A model generated the notes under the pieces. That model was not told where the DNA came from and did no database searches. It saw only the letters and a list, made by a program, of their open reading frames with translations. A stretch of 50,306 nt of DNA, from positions 1 through 50,306 of IMG/VR virus record IMGVR_UViG_3300005611_000045, one strand, 5' to 3'. The stretch is from a virus. Its lineage: Duplodnaviria; Caudoviricetes. The translations under genes and the position numbers were made by a program. How positions within the stretch are numbered: the stretch's first letter is position 1; every line of letters begins with the position of its first letter. Of the stretch, positions 8,319 to 17,657 are shown in pieces.

Positions 8319-8678
8319 ATGACAGCAGCAGCGAAGATCAGGGCGCTTTCAGCGTCCAGTACCGATACGGCTTGGATCGCCAAACGTGTCGGTGTGTCAC
8401 GGAACTACGTATGGGATGTGCTGTGGCGAGCACGCAATCCAGATCGGGCCAGAGCGGCTGAGCATCGTTATCGAGACAAATACCGCGATCGTATCCGATC
8501 TGGTCAACGCAGCCACTACGTTGCCGCCGAACAGCCTAAACCATGGACGCCGGGCGAAGTGACGCGGCTGCGGCAGATGTACGACGCCGGCAAGTCATAC
8601 CGCGATATTGCCGCGGCGCTTAATCGCAACCGCAACCAAGTTGCCGGCAAGATCAAACGTGAGTGCGCCAAAAAATAG
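8319..8678 (+). CDS. Double-HTH protein, GcrA-like C-terminal HTH
   Basis: IAKRVGVSRNYV and WTPGEVTRLRQMYDAGKSYRDIAAALNRNRNQVAGKIKR. Confidence 0.7.
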   Translation: MTAAAKIRALSASSTDTAWIAKRVGVSRNYVWDVLWRARNPDRARAAEHRYRDKYRDRIRSGQRSHYVAAEQPKPWTPGEVTRLRQMYDAGKSYRDIAAALNRNRNQVAGKIKRECAKK

Positions 8679-8709
8679 AAGCCCACCGGAGGCGAGGCCG
8701 GTGGGCTTC
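8678..8709 (+). terminator. 12-bp stem hairpin, terminator-like
   Basis: GAAGCCCACCGG / CCGGTGGGCTTC; weak U-tract. Confidence 0.45.
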
Positions 8710-8829
8710 ATTGTCGGTGCGATGTGCGAGTTCGCGCCGGGGATAAAAGTCGGTCTACACAGGAGACAAAGACATGCCAGATCGCACGATATTTTGCAAC
8801 CCTCATCCACATTTGACGGGGGAAAAATC

Positions 8830-9609
8830 ATGAGCGGATTTATCAAGCTGCATCGCCGATTGCGCAGTCACCCGCTCTTGCGTTCGGATCACAAGGCCCG
8901 TCATTTTTTCCAAGACATGTTGAGCGACGTAGCATGGCGGGACACGGTACAAGACTGGAGAGGTGAGCCAGTCAAAATCGCTCGGGGGCAGATCATGAAA
9001 AGTCAGCGTGCGATGGCTGATGAATACGGGTTTAGCCATCGCGAAACGCGAACAATACTTAACCGATTAGCGAACTATGAAATCATAAAAATCGACACAC
9101 CCATCGACAAGGGGCCGCATATCATAAGTGTCTGTAATTGGGACAAATATCAAACAGAGCGACACACAGGCGACACACTCGCCGACACACAGGCGACACA
9201 CAGGCGACACACAAAAGAAGAAGTAGAAGAAGGTAAAGAAGAAAGAATAACCCCCCTACCCCCCAAAACGGGGGGATGGGATCAATTGAACCCGGATGCC
9301 TTTCTGGCTAATGGAATTTTTCAGGATGCCGATGGTAGCATCCACCTCACGGATCGATCTCGATCGGATTGGCTGCAACGATTTGGCGGCAATGCCGAAC
9401 GATTGGACCTCGCCTTGATCGAAGCTGCAGGCGAGCGGCAACGCAACAGCCGTCAGCCGCTTCGGCTGCAAGTCGAACGCACGCTGGCCCGCATAGCCGG
9501 CCGAAAGATCGAAAGCGATCATCGATATGCAAGCGCGGTCGAATCACGGAAACCAGAACAACCCCGGATAAGCCGTGATGCCTTCCGGGCGGCGATGGAG
9601 GTGAATTGA
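8830..9609 (+). CDS. Phage replication initiator (lambda O-like/replisome organizer)
   Basis: MSGFIKLHRRL, RGQ..S.R.MA wHTH, ISVCNWDKYQ followed by internal iterons. Confidence 0.8.
   Translation: MSGFIKLHRRLRSHPLLRSDHKARHFFQDMLSDVAWRDTVQDWRGEPVKIARGQIMKSQRAMADEYGFSHRETRTILNRLANYEIIKIDTPIDKGPHIISVCNWDKYQTERHTGDTLADTQATHRRHTKEEVEEGKEERITPLPPKTGGWDQLNPDAFLANGIFQDADGSIHLTDRSRSDWLQRFGGNAERLDLALIEAAGERQRNSRQPLRLQVERTLARIAGRKIESDHRYASAVESRKPEQPRISRDAFRAAMEVN
9093..9250 (+). repeat. Replication origin: CGACACAC iterons plus A-rich tract
   Basis: CGACACAC at 9093, 9160, 9171, 9183, 9194, 9205 (11-12 nt period), then purine/A-rich 9213-9250. Confidence 0.8.
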
Positions 9610-9610
9610 G

Positions 9611-10117
9611 ATGGGCAACGTCAACGAATTGGTTCTTGACCGCCTGCGGCTGCTGTTCGGCCCGCCAGCACGAATTGCCGAGGACGACCTGCCAGCCTAC
9701 CTGCGCGAATACCGCGAGAGCCTCGCGGCCTACAGCGACGACATTCTGCGGCGCGGCATGGATTGGCTGCGGGATCATCACAAGTACCGCAGCTGGCCGA
9801 CGCCGGGCGAGATACACGCGGCCTGCAAGCGATTTCAGCCGCCGTCGTCTCCGGTCGAAAGCAAGGGCTGGCACGACAACGACCGTCTGCCGAAGCCGAC
9901 CGAGGAGCAGAAGGCGCGCGTGCAGGCGTTGGTTGACGAGATGAACCGAAATCTCGCCGCCAAGGCCATGCCGAAGCCGGGCCATATCGACCGCGTACCG
10001 CTCGACGTTTCCCGGCCATCGTTCGAAAAAATGCAGCGCGAAGGTGACCCAAGATTGCACATGACGCCGGAGGGCCTGACGAAACTGTCACGGCGCATGA
10101 TGGGAGAGCCCGAATGA
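9611..10117 (+). CDS. Putative helicase loader/replication accessory protein
   Basis: Directly after initiator; Y...L..YS...WPTPGEI motif. Confidence 0.55.
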   Translation: MGNVNELVLDRLRLLFGPPARIAEDDLPAYLREYRESLAAYSDDILRRGMDWLRDHHKYRSWPTPGEIHAACKRFQPPSSPVESKGWHDNDRLPKPTEEQKARVQALVDEMNRNLAAKAMPKPGHIDRVPLDVSRPSFEKMQREGDPRLHMTPEGLTKLSRRMMGEPE

Positions 10118-10266
10118 AAACCAGAAGCACGGCCAGCACGCATTGCCAGCTCTGCCACGAGCGTTTGACGGTCGAGAGCCGGTTTGTCGCCGGCCTCTGC
10201 AAAGCATGTCGGAAGCTCAGGGAGGAGGGCGTCCAGCCGCCGTCAAAAATGGAGATCGCCGAATGA
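10114..10266 (+). CDS. Small zinc-finger protein (50 aa)
   Basis: Own translation: CQLC...LCKAC; ATGA overlaps at both ends. Confidence 0.55.
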   Translation: MKTRSTASTHCQLCHERLTVESRFVAGLCKACRKLREEGVQPPSKMEIAE

Positions 10267-10481
10267 AAGAAGACTTATTTCAATTCGTTCCATTGGGGAA
10301 AGTGGGGATGTTTTTATTCGAGGGATGGGAAATCGTTGATGACATGGCAGATTGTCATCACGGTGAATATTCAGTGATCATGAGGCGGGGCAAGACAGAT
10401 GGAAGACTATCAAAATCTTTTGGCGAAGAAGGCCGTATCGTTCGAGGCTCGGGGGTTGAAAAAAATCCCAAAACTATCTGA
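10263..10481 (+). CDS. Hypothetical protein
   Basis: Internal ATG of ORF 10143..10481. Confidence 0.45.
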   Translation: MKEDLFQFVPLGKVGMFLFEGWEIVDDMADCHHGEYSVIMRRGKTDGRLSKSFGEEGRIVRGSGVEKNPKTI

Positions 10482-11805
10482 TCAGTTGTTTCCGCATCAG
10501 CGCCATTCGACGGAATTTGCATTGCGCACAGGATGCGCAGCGCTGTTCCTCGATACCGGGCTCGGGAAATCATTCTGCGCTCTGGAATGGGCGCGGGTGA
10601 TCATGGAGCACACAAACAAGTCTGTGCTGATGCTGGCACCATTGGCAGTAGGTCCGCAGCATCAACGCGAGGCCGAAAAGTTCGGGATTGACGCGAAGTA
10701 CATCCGCGAGCCAACCGAAATAACCGGCATCGGGATATGGATTACGAACTACGAGAGGCTTGATAAATTCAGAGCCGATGAGTTCGCGGGCGTCGTGCTC
10801 GACGAAAGCTCAATCATCAAGGGGTTCAACGGGCGCACGTCAAAGGCGTTAATCCAATCGTTCAACCAAACACCATATCGGCTTGCGTGTACGGCAACGC
10901 CGGCACCGAACGATCACATGGAGCTTGGGCAGCATTCCGAATTCCTCGGCGTCATGCGTGGGATGGAGATGCTTTCCCGGTGGTTCGTAAATGATACGGC
11001 GAGCGCATCGCAAGACTGGCGCATCAAAGGGCACTCCGTCGATGCATTCTGGGATTGGGTGGCGTCGTGGTCGCGCTGCATTGGGATGCCATCTGATGTC
11101 GGGTTTTCGGATGACGGTTTTGTGCTTCCGAATATGACGATGCAACAGCATGTTGTTGAGGCTGATCGGTCAATAGATCGAGGCGAGGAGAAAGATGGCC
11201 AGGCGCGCATTTTCAGAATACCCGAGACCAGCGCCACATCGATACACCGCGAGAAGCGAATGACGATCGACGCGCGTGCCGATGTCATAGCTGAAATTGT
11301 CGGGCGCGAAACATCGGAGCCATGGATTATATGGTGCGATACGGATGCAGAGGCGGATGCACTCACGGATCGCATTCCGGGTTCGGTCGAGGTGCGCGGA
11401 TCGATGTCGGCGGATGTCAAGGAGGATCGGATCGTAGGGTTCTCGGAAGGTAAAATTCGAGTGCTCGTAACGAAGCCGTCAATTGCAGGGTTTGGCCTCA
11501 ACTGGCAACATTGCGCGCGGCAAGCGTTTGTCGGTTTGTCGTTCAGCTACGAGAGCTTCTATCAGGCAATTCGCCGATCATACCGGTTCGGACAGAAGCG
11601 AGATGTGCATGTGCACGTGGCAATGGCCGACACGGAAAAGGCGATATGGGATGTGGTTAGCCGCAAGGCTGAGGATCACGACAAAATGAAATCTGCTATG
11701 CGCCAGAGCATGGCGCGGGCGGTTGGTGCTGCCCGGGCGCGCGAAAAATATCAACCTATTACGAATGTCAAAATACCAGGGTTCATCACGGGGAAAGCAG
11801 CATGA
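10399..11805 (+). CDS. SNF2-like SF2 helicase/ATPase
   Basis: DTGLGKS, VVLDESS, TATPAPND, GFGLNWQ, QAIRRSYRFGQ. Confidence 0.9.
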   Translation: MEDYQNLLAKKAVSFEARGLKKIPKLSDQLFPHQRHSTEFALRTGCAALFLDTGLGKSFCALEWARVIMEHTNKSVLMLAPLAVGPQHQREAEKFGIDAKYIREPTEITGIGIWITNYERLDKFRADEFAGVVLDESSIIKGFNGRTSKALIQSFNQTPYRLACTATPAPNDHMELGQHSEFLGVMRGMEMLSRWFVNDTASASQDWRIKGHSVDAFWDWVASWSRCIGMPSDVGFSDDGFVLPNMTMQQHVVEADRSIDRGEEKDGQARIFRIPETSATSIHREKRMTIDARADVIAEIVGRETSEPWIIWCDTDAEADALTDRIPGSVEVRGSMSADVKEDRIVGFSEGKIRVLVTKPSIAGFGLNWQHCARQAFVGLSFSYESFYQAIRRSYRFGQKRDVHVHVAMADTEKAIWDVVSRKAEDHDKMKSAMRQSMARAVGAARAREKYQPITNVKIPGFITGKAA

Positions 11806-12698
11806 CGAAAACGATAATCAAACAGCAGGACGGCAAGAACTGGACGGCAGTGCACGGCGATTGCGTGATGGGGATGTCTGATCTGCCGGATGAGAGCGTA
11901 GGTTTTTCGGTTTATTCGCCGCCGTTTGCTGATCTGTTCGTCTACAGCGATAGCGCGGCAGACATGGGCAATTGCGCAGATGACGTTTCCTTTTTCGAAC
12001 AATACCGACACGTCATCGAACAGAAGATGCGCGTATTGAAGCCCGGCCGGCTCACAGCGGTACATTGCACAGACCTGCCAACTCGCAAATTCAAGGATGG
12101 TGTTATCGGCCTCAAACCGTTCAGCGACGATATCATGCGCGCGCATATCGATGCCGGTTTCATCTATCATTCTCGGGTGACTGTGTGGCGCGATCCGGTT
12201 GTCGAGATGCAGCGCACCAAGGCGCTTGGCTTGCTCTACAAGCAGCTAAAGAAGGACAGCGCAATGAGCCGCGTCGGCATGGCCGATTATGTGATGGTGT
12301 TTCGCAAGCCGGGCGATAATCCAGAGCCCATAAAACATAGCCCAAACGATTTGCCAGTCGATCTATGGCAGAAGTACGCAAGCCCGGTATGGATGGATGT
12401 CAGCCAAACGGATGTTCTGAACGGGCGAATGGCTCGTGACGCGGAAGATGAGCGGCACATATGCCCGTTGCAATTGCCGCTCATCGAAAGGGCGATTCAT
12501 TTATGGTCAAATCCAGGTGACGTAGTTCTTTCGCCGTTCATGGGGATCGGCAGCGAAGGCTTTGTTGCGATGAAAACCGGCCGCAAGTTCATCGGGTTCG
12601 AACTGAAGGAATCGTATTGGCGGCAGGCGTGCAAGTTTATCGAAGAAAGCGAGGCGAATGCGTCGGGTGGTTCATTGCTCGATATGATGGCGTCATGA
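11802..12698 (+). CDS. DNA methyltransferase, N4-C/N6-A (beta class)
   Basis: SPPF motif IV; VLSPFMGIGSEG motif I; GFELKESY. Confidence 0.9.
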   Translation: MTKTIIKQQDGKNWTAVHGDCVMGMSDLPDESVGFSVYSPPFADLFVYSDSAADMGNCADDVSFFEQYRHVIEQKMRVLKPGRLTAVHCTDLPTRKFKDGVIGLKPFSDDIMRAHIDAGFIYHSRVTVWRDPVVEMQRTKALGLLYKQLKKDSAMSRVGMADYVMVFRKPGDNPEPIKHSPNDLPVDLWQKYASPVWMDVSQTDVLNGRMARDAEDERHICPLQLPLIERAIHLWSNPGDVVLSPFMGIGSEGFVAMKTGRKFIGFELKESYWRQACKFIEESEANASGGSLLDMMAS

Positions 12699-12880
12699 CC
12701 GATAACCCGCGCGCTTGCATGGTGGCTCTTCTGATCTCACTGCTCGCGGTCGGCTGGTTCGACACGTTTGACGAGTTCAGCGTTTCTTGCACATGGCAGC
12801 ATGGCTCTGTGATCAGTCACGCGGGCAACCAGTACTGCGCAGGATGGGTAACAATTCTGGGGGTGCGAATGGCACGATGA
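12695..12880 (+). CDS. Small membrane protein
   Basis: ATGA overlaps, hydrophobic N-terminus. Confidence 0.45.
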   Translation: MTDNPRACMVALLISLLAVGWFDTFDEFSVSCTWQHGSVISHAGNQYCAGWVTILGVRMAR

Positions 12881-13766
12881 AAGTACCGGCCAACATGAAG
12901 ATCCAGAAGGACGCCAACGGCAAGATGCGCTTCAAGGTGCTTGATCTATTCAGCGGGATAGGCGGGTTCTCCCTTGGCCTCGATCGTGCTGGCGGGTTTG
13001 AAACAGTCGCGTTCTGCGAAATTGAGCCTTACTGCCAAAAGGTTTTGGCGAAGCATTGGCCAGGAGTGCCGATCTATGACGATGTCAGAACTCTCACAGC
13101 CGACACTCTGGCCCGAGATGGAATTGGAGTCGATGTCATCTGTGGGGGATTCCCGTGCCAGGGAATATCTGAAGCCGGACTTCGTGAAGGATTGCAAGAC
13201 GCTCGCAGTGGGCTATGGAGCGAGTACGCCAGACTTATTGGCGAGATACGACCCAAATACGTCATCGTGGAAACGTCTCAGAGTTGCTTAGAAATGGGAT
13301 GGGCCGAGTTATCGGCGACTTGGCCGAAGTCGGGTATGACGCGGAATGGCACAGCATACCGGCTCTCGCCGTTGGTGCCGACCACATTCGAGAACGTATC
13401 TGGATCATTGCCTACCCCAACAGCGCAGGGATTGAGGTCTCTGAACAGAGCAGGGGGCAGCAACGCCATGCGGAAGTGGGCAAAGATTCTTCCAAAGATT
13501 ATGCCGACGCAAACGGCTCACGATTACCGCGGCGGATGCAAACCGGAGCGATCTCTGAAGATGCGCGAGCAATCAGCCCGTGGCTTGGACTTGCCATCAG
13601 TTCTGCGCCTGCTTTTCCCGGAATCGACGGGGCTGGTTCGCCCGTCTTGGGCAGAGGCGAGAATGGGGTTCCCAATCGGGTGGACAGATGTCACGCCATC
13701 GGAAACGCCGTCGTCCCTCAGATCCCCGAACTCATCGGAAGAGCCATAATGGAAGCATCCGAATGA
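12877..13766 (+). pseudogene. dcm: C5-cytosine DNA methyltransferase (alpha frame), frameshifted at 13271-13273
   Basis: DLFSGIGG, GGFPCQ in one frame; (E)NVSEL, HIRERIWIIAY, IGNAVVPQ in the -1 frame; GAAAC instead of GAAAAC in the ENV codons. Confidence 0.85.
13076..13749 (+). CDS. Overlapping alternative-frame beta polypeptide of the C5 methylase (same frameshift)
   Basis: AGGAG at 13062-13066 then ATG 13076; SSWK|TSQSC...WPKSGMTRNG...LPTPTA...MGFPIGWT (motif IX-like). Confidence 0.65.
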
Positions 13767-13909
13767 AGATTCCCCGCAACATGCGCTTGGTGAAAGACAA
13801 GGACGGCAAGATGCGCCTGGTCGAGATAATCAACCCGAAGCTGGACGCGTCGGCGAAGATCAGAATGCGAAAGAGCAAGAAGCAACGGCCAGCGAGGCGA
13901 ACGGTATGA
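13763..13909 (+). CDS. Small basic protein (48 aa)
   Basis: ATGA overlap; first 18 codons homologous to the methylase leader. Confidence 0.6.
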   Translation: MKIPRNMRLVKDKDGKMRLVEIINPKLDASAKIRMRKSKKQRPARRTV

Positions 13910-13921
13910 GGACGAAGACTG

Positions 13922-14305
13922 ATGGCAGAATGGACCCACAATCACTTCGGGTCGCTTGAGGACGCCTGCGCCGTCTGGCGACAACAGGCAGACCAGTTCG
14001 AGCAAGACGCAGCAGAGCTGGAATTATCGGCGATCAACGGCGAACGCACGTGGCAAGAGGCATTCACAATCCTGAAATGCGGGGTCTCCGGCCCGATCAG
14101 TGATCAGGAAATTGACGAAGCAAGGCAGCAGTTGAGAGATATCAGGGGAGGGTTAACCGATGTGATGCCCGATAAAAAATATCACATTCTCAACGAGTGT
14201 TGGCTATCTGGGCAAATGACAGCTGCGCAGATGCAGCAGCACATGCGCGATGATCCAGAATTCGCAGAGTGGAAACGGAAAAACACATGCAGGGGCAATC
14301 CATGA
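13922..14305 (+). CDS. Hypothetical protein
   Basis: GAGG RBS, ORF track. Confidence 0.6.
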   Translation: MAEWTHNHFGSLEDACAVWRQQADQFEQDAAELELSAINGERTWQEAFTILKCGVSGPISDQEIDEARQQLRDIRGGLTDVMPDKKYHILNECWLSGQMTAAQMQQHMRDDPEFAEWKRKNTCRGNP

Positions 14306-14859
14306 ATTGGGAACAGCAAAACGAAGCCGGGATCGAGGCCGCGCGCCGAGGCCCTGCCCGGCAATGGTACATCCTCAGAGTGGATAGCCAGCGCATCGGC
14401 AGGGCAATCGAGGTACTGCCATTTTTCGATTGCGTCGCTTTCGTCCCGACCGAAACCAAGGTCGTCAAAATCGGCAGCGGCAGCCGTAAGCGGGCCGTCG
14501 AGCGCCATCAGCCTCTCATGACGGGCTATGTCGTGGCAGGGTTTCAAGCTGCGCCGCAGTGGTGGAGCCTGTTCGATCAACCGTGGATATACGGCGTTCT
14601 CACGCGCGGCGGCTGGCCCGCAGTCATCCCGCCGGCAGCACTGGAGCGCTGCTATGGCATCCACCACGCCAAGGCCGCATCCCTCCCGGGTGCAAAGTCG
14701 TTCAAGCCCGGCGACCACATCCGAGTGTGTGGCGGCGGTTTTGCCGGACACGAGGCGCAACTTCTGGAAATCACCGGCAATGAGGGGAAATTCATCTTGG
14801 AGCTATTCGGCAAGGCGCACCAGGTCAAGATGTCGTTGTCGGAAGTAGAGGCAGCGTAG
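14302..14859 (+). CDS. NusG-family antiterminator (NGN + KOW)
   Basis: WYILRV, PLMTGYVV, FKPGDHIRVCGGGFAG...LELFGK. Confidence 0.85.
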   Translation: MNWEQQNEAGIEAARRGPARQWYILRVDSQRIGRAIEVLPFFDCVAFVPTETKVVKIGSGSRKRAVERHQPLMTGYVVAGFQAAPQWWSLFDQPWIYGVLTRGGWPAVIPPAALERCYGIHHAKAASLPGAKSFKPGDHIRVCGGGFAGHEAQLLEITGNEGKFILELFGKAHQVKMSLSEVEAA

Positions 14860-14860
14860 C

Positions 14861-15073
14861 ATGGCAGACATAACGATGTGCCAGGACGGCGAATGTCCAA
14901 GTGCGAGCGAGTGTCACCGCTACCGTGCGGTGCCATCCGATAACCAAAGCTATCAAGTGTTCGACATTCCGCCCGGCGCGTTCGAATGCGAGGATTTCAT
15001 TCAAAGTGTTGCAATAACAGCCCATAGCTGGGGAATACGTATTCGCGCCACAGTCAAGCCCCCGAACAGGTGA
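14861..15073 (+). CDS. Small Cys-rich phage protein
   Basis: MADITMC..CP....C.RY pattern. Confidence 0.55.
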   Translation: MADITMCQDGECPSASECHRYRAVPSDNQSYQVFDIPPGAFECEDFIQSVAITAHSWGIRIRATVKPPNR

Positions 15074-15140
15074 TAGTCGGGATCATGCGTTTTGCGTCAG
15101 TCAGCGTCCCTTTCAATCCCCATGGGAGCAAAGATGCGAA

Positions 15141-16457
15141 ATGATCACTCGCACTATGACGACCGTGGCCCTGGCTGCCGTACTGGCGATTGGGTCACAT
15201 CAAGCCAACGCCTCTGACCTCGGAGGCAACTGCTGCGCCGACCTCGAAGAGCGAATTGCCGAACTTGAGGCCACGACCGCTCGCAAGGGCAACCGCAAGG
15301 TTTCTCTCGAAGTGTCAGGCCAGGTTCACGAAGCAATCGTGTACTGGGATGTTGACACTCCAACCGGTGCAAGCGAAGAGTCCAATGTGTACATTGGTAC
15401 GCATAACTCGAGCCGTTCGCGTTTCCGATTCAAAGGTGCTGCCAAGATCAATGCTGACTGGTCGGCAGGCTTCCTGATGGAAATCGGTGTTCGTGCGAAC
15501 CACTTGGGTGGCAATACGCAGGGAAGTGCATACACAGTTGCTGGTCTCGACATTCGGCATGAGGCGCTTTACGTCAAGTCGAAGTCGCTTGGTACCGTTT
15601 GGTTGGGCTGGACGTCTTCGGCTGCTGACGGCATCACGGAAATCTGCCTGGGCTGCGGCCTTGGCAACGGTCCGGACTACGCTGACGACATGGGCGATAT
15701 GGTTGACGGCAACGGTGACCGGTTCGATCGCCTTGGTGGTCGTCAAGGAGCGTTCGTCGGTGAAGGCGATCGTCGCGAAGTCATCAAGTACATTTCGCCT
15801 ACTATTGCTGGCTTCTCAGTATCTGCTGCCTACGGACAGGATGACTTCTACGATGCAGCCCTACGCTATGCAGGTGAGTTCGGTGCGATCCGGATTGCAG
15901 GTGGTGTCGCCTACCAGCGTGATACAACGAACGTGAGCCAAAATGCTGCTTTGACGTCCACGGGCACCGTAACCTTCGGCGATAACAACCCGGGCTTCAT
16001 CTCGCGATCGGCATGTAACGGTTTCATGAATGCGATCGACTGCGAAAGCATCGGCGCATCATTGAGCATCCAGCACACACCAACTGGCCTTTACGTGGCA
16101 GGTGCTTACGGTCGTTCTGAAGAAAAGAACGATAACAGTGAGGACAACGTTGCTTGGCACGTGACAGCTGGTATCAACTCTAAGTGGTCGTCGCTTGGTA
16201 AGACCAACATTTGGGGTATGTACACACAGGCTGACAGCGATACCGGTCCGAATGCAACGGCTGTTGCTGGGAATGTTGGTGGCGATACCGATGCAAACAC
16301 CTCGCAGCTCCGCATCTACGGTGTTGGCATCGAGCAGGAAATCGACGCTGCTGCTATGCGCCTGTACGTCTGGTACAAGCACTTCGATGGCGAGCTCAAC
16401 AACGTTGACTCGGGCTCGATGGACCAGGTCGTTGCTGGTGCTTTGATCAAGTTCTAA
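15141..16457 (+). CDS. Outer-membrane porin, Hyphomicrobiaceae-type
   Basis: Signal peptide; DLGGNCCADLEERIAELEATTARKGNRKVSL; SRFRFKG; YISPTIAGF; alternating beta strands; C-terminal Phe. Confidence 0.9.
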   Translation: MITRTMTTVALAAVLAIGSHQANASDLGGNCCADLEERIAELEATTARKGNRKVSLEVSGQVHEAIVYWDVDTPTGASEESNVYIGTHNSSRSRFRFKGAAKINADWSAGFLMEIGVRANHLGGNTQGSAYTVAGLDIRHEALYVKSKSLGTVWLGWTSSAADGITEICLGCGLGNGPDYADDMGDMVDGNGDRFDRLGGRQGAFVGEGDRREVIKYISPTIAGFSVSAAYGQDDFYDAALRYAGEFGAIRIAGGVAYQRDTTNVSQNAALTSTGTVTFGDNNPGFISRSACNGFMNAIDCESIGASLSIQHTPTGLYVAGAYGRSEEKNDNSEDNVAWHVTAGINSKWSSLGKTNIWGMYTQADSDTGPNATAVAGNVGGDTDANTSQLRIYGVGIEQEIDAAAMRLYVWYKHFDGELNNVDSGSMDQVVAGALIKF

Positions 16458-16486
16458 TTCAGCTCGAATTTGAGCTAGTCACTGGG

Positions 16487-16516
16487 AGAGCCGTCCTTCG
16501 GGACGGCTCTTTTTTT
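16487..16516 (+). terminator. Rho-independent terminator
   Basis: AGAGCCGTCC-TTCG-GGACGGCTCT followed by a T run. Confidence 0.9.
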
Positions 16517-16518
16517 GT

Positions 16519-16896
16519 TTGTCGATGGGCGTGCAGGCAAAGACGCTTGCAGGTTCCGCCAGCATCATGCACGTGCCAAGCGGGCTGTTCGTCAGTGGCT
16601 CTGCCGGCCAGATCAAAGCTATGGGCGAGGAACTCCGTGGCTATCATGGCCGTGTCGGTTTCGAGCAAAAGCTGTCCGCCATGGGCAAAACCACGCTCTT
16701 TGGCGAATACGGCCGGATCGAAGTCAAAGGCATCGATGAAAAGCCGTTCTACATCGGCGGCGGCATGGTCCAAGGGATCGACGCGGCAGCGATGGAGCTT
16801 TACATTTCGGTGCGCAAATACGATCTCGACGGCGCGCTGCCCGGCCTCATCGACGATGCTACCGTCGCGGTAGCTGGTGCCCGCATCAAATTCTGA
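16519..16896 (+). pseudogene. Relic 3' part of a second, divergent porin
   Basis: SASIMHVPSGLFVSG, GKTTLFGEY, QGIDAAAMELY, GARIKF parallel the upstream porin; no signal peptide or clear RBS. Confidence 0.85.
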
Positions 16897-16910
16897 TGTG
16901 ACGCAAAAGC

Positions 16911-16944
16911 CTCAATCAACAGCAAAACAACGCTGTTGATTGAG
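16911..16944. repeat. Perfect 13-bp inverted repeat
   Basis: CTCAATCAACAGC-N8-GCTGTTGATTGAG. Confidence 0.8.
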
Positions 16945-17085
16945 TTGGTTCGCGTGCTGTGGTAATTGATTTGCCAAGGGACGATGCTCGTCTGAATTGG
17001 ACCCCGTAAGCGCAGGTCCCGGAGCACCCCGGCCAACACTTGCATTGGCCACATTGGGGCATTGCGCCCAAACCTCGGAAAGATC

Positions 17086-17292
17086 ATGACCCCCCGGCAG
17101 GCACTCACGCAGGAGCTTGACCGCATAATTGCGGACGCTGAAAGCGCAAAGCGCCTCATCAATTTGGATCGCCGATTGACCGACGACTGTTTTGCAGAGT
17201 TCGACGCCCTGCTGTCCTATCAACGCGCATACGGCCTTGCTGTGTTGCTTGTGCATTTGCAGACCGCAACCCGCTCAATCGAGTATCACTAA
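17086..17292 (+). CDS. Hypothetical protein
   Basis: Internal ATG of ORF 17062..17292. Confidence 0.5.
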   Translation: MTPRQALTQELDRIIADAESAKRLINLDRRLTDDCFAEFDALLSYQRAYGLAVLLVHLQTATRSIEYH

Positions 17293-17657
17293 TTCGCTTG
17301 CGCCCTCCGCACAATCGCTGATAGCCCTTAGTGGCACTCCCGGACACGGGCGCGGGCGAATACCATAGAGAGATACAATGACCACATGCGCATGAAGGGA
17401 TTACGCGATGCGTGAGTTGCACGGAAAATAAGCCCGGAAACGATCTGGAATGATGTATCTGCGTGATATGCCTGCTGGCTATGGTGATGACCGCGCTAAA
17501 TTTTAGCCGCTGGAGATGTCCTGTACTTAGTGCATCCAGATATGCCGGTGCTGAAAATGTTGCATGGAGAAAAATTCTGGCGGGATGCCATCCTTAACGT
17601 AAAGATTACGTCATCCTGTTGCGTACCCCCTCACAACTAAACTTCGAGGATAATCCA

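Noticed and set aside
9160-9212. CRISPR-like repeat
   Set aside because: 11-12-nt tandem units without spacers inside the initiator gene; these are iterons.
17594-17610. CtrA box (TTAA-N7-TTAA)
   Set aside because: The second half-site does not match; a single weak instance.
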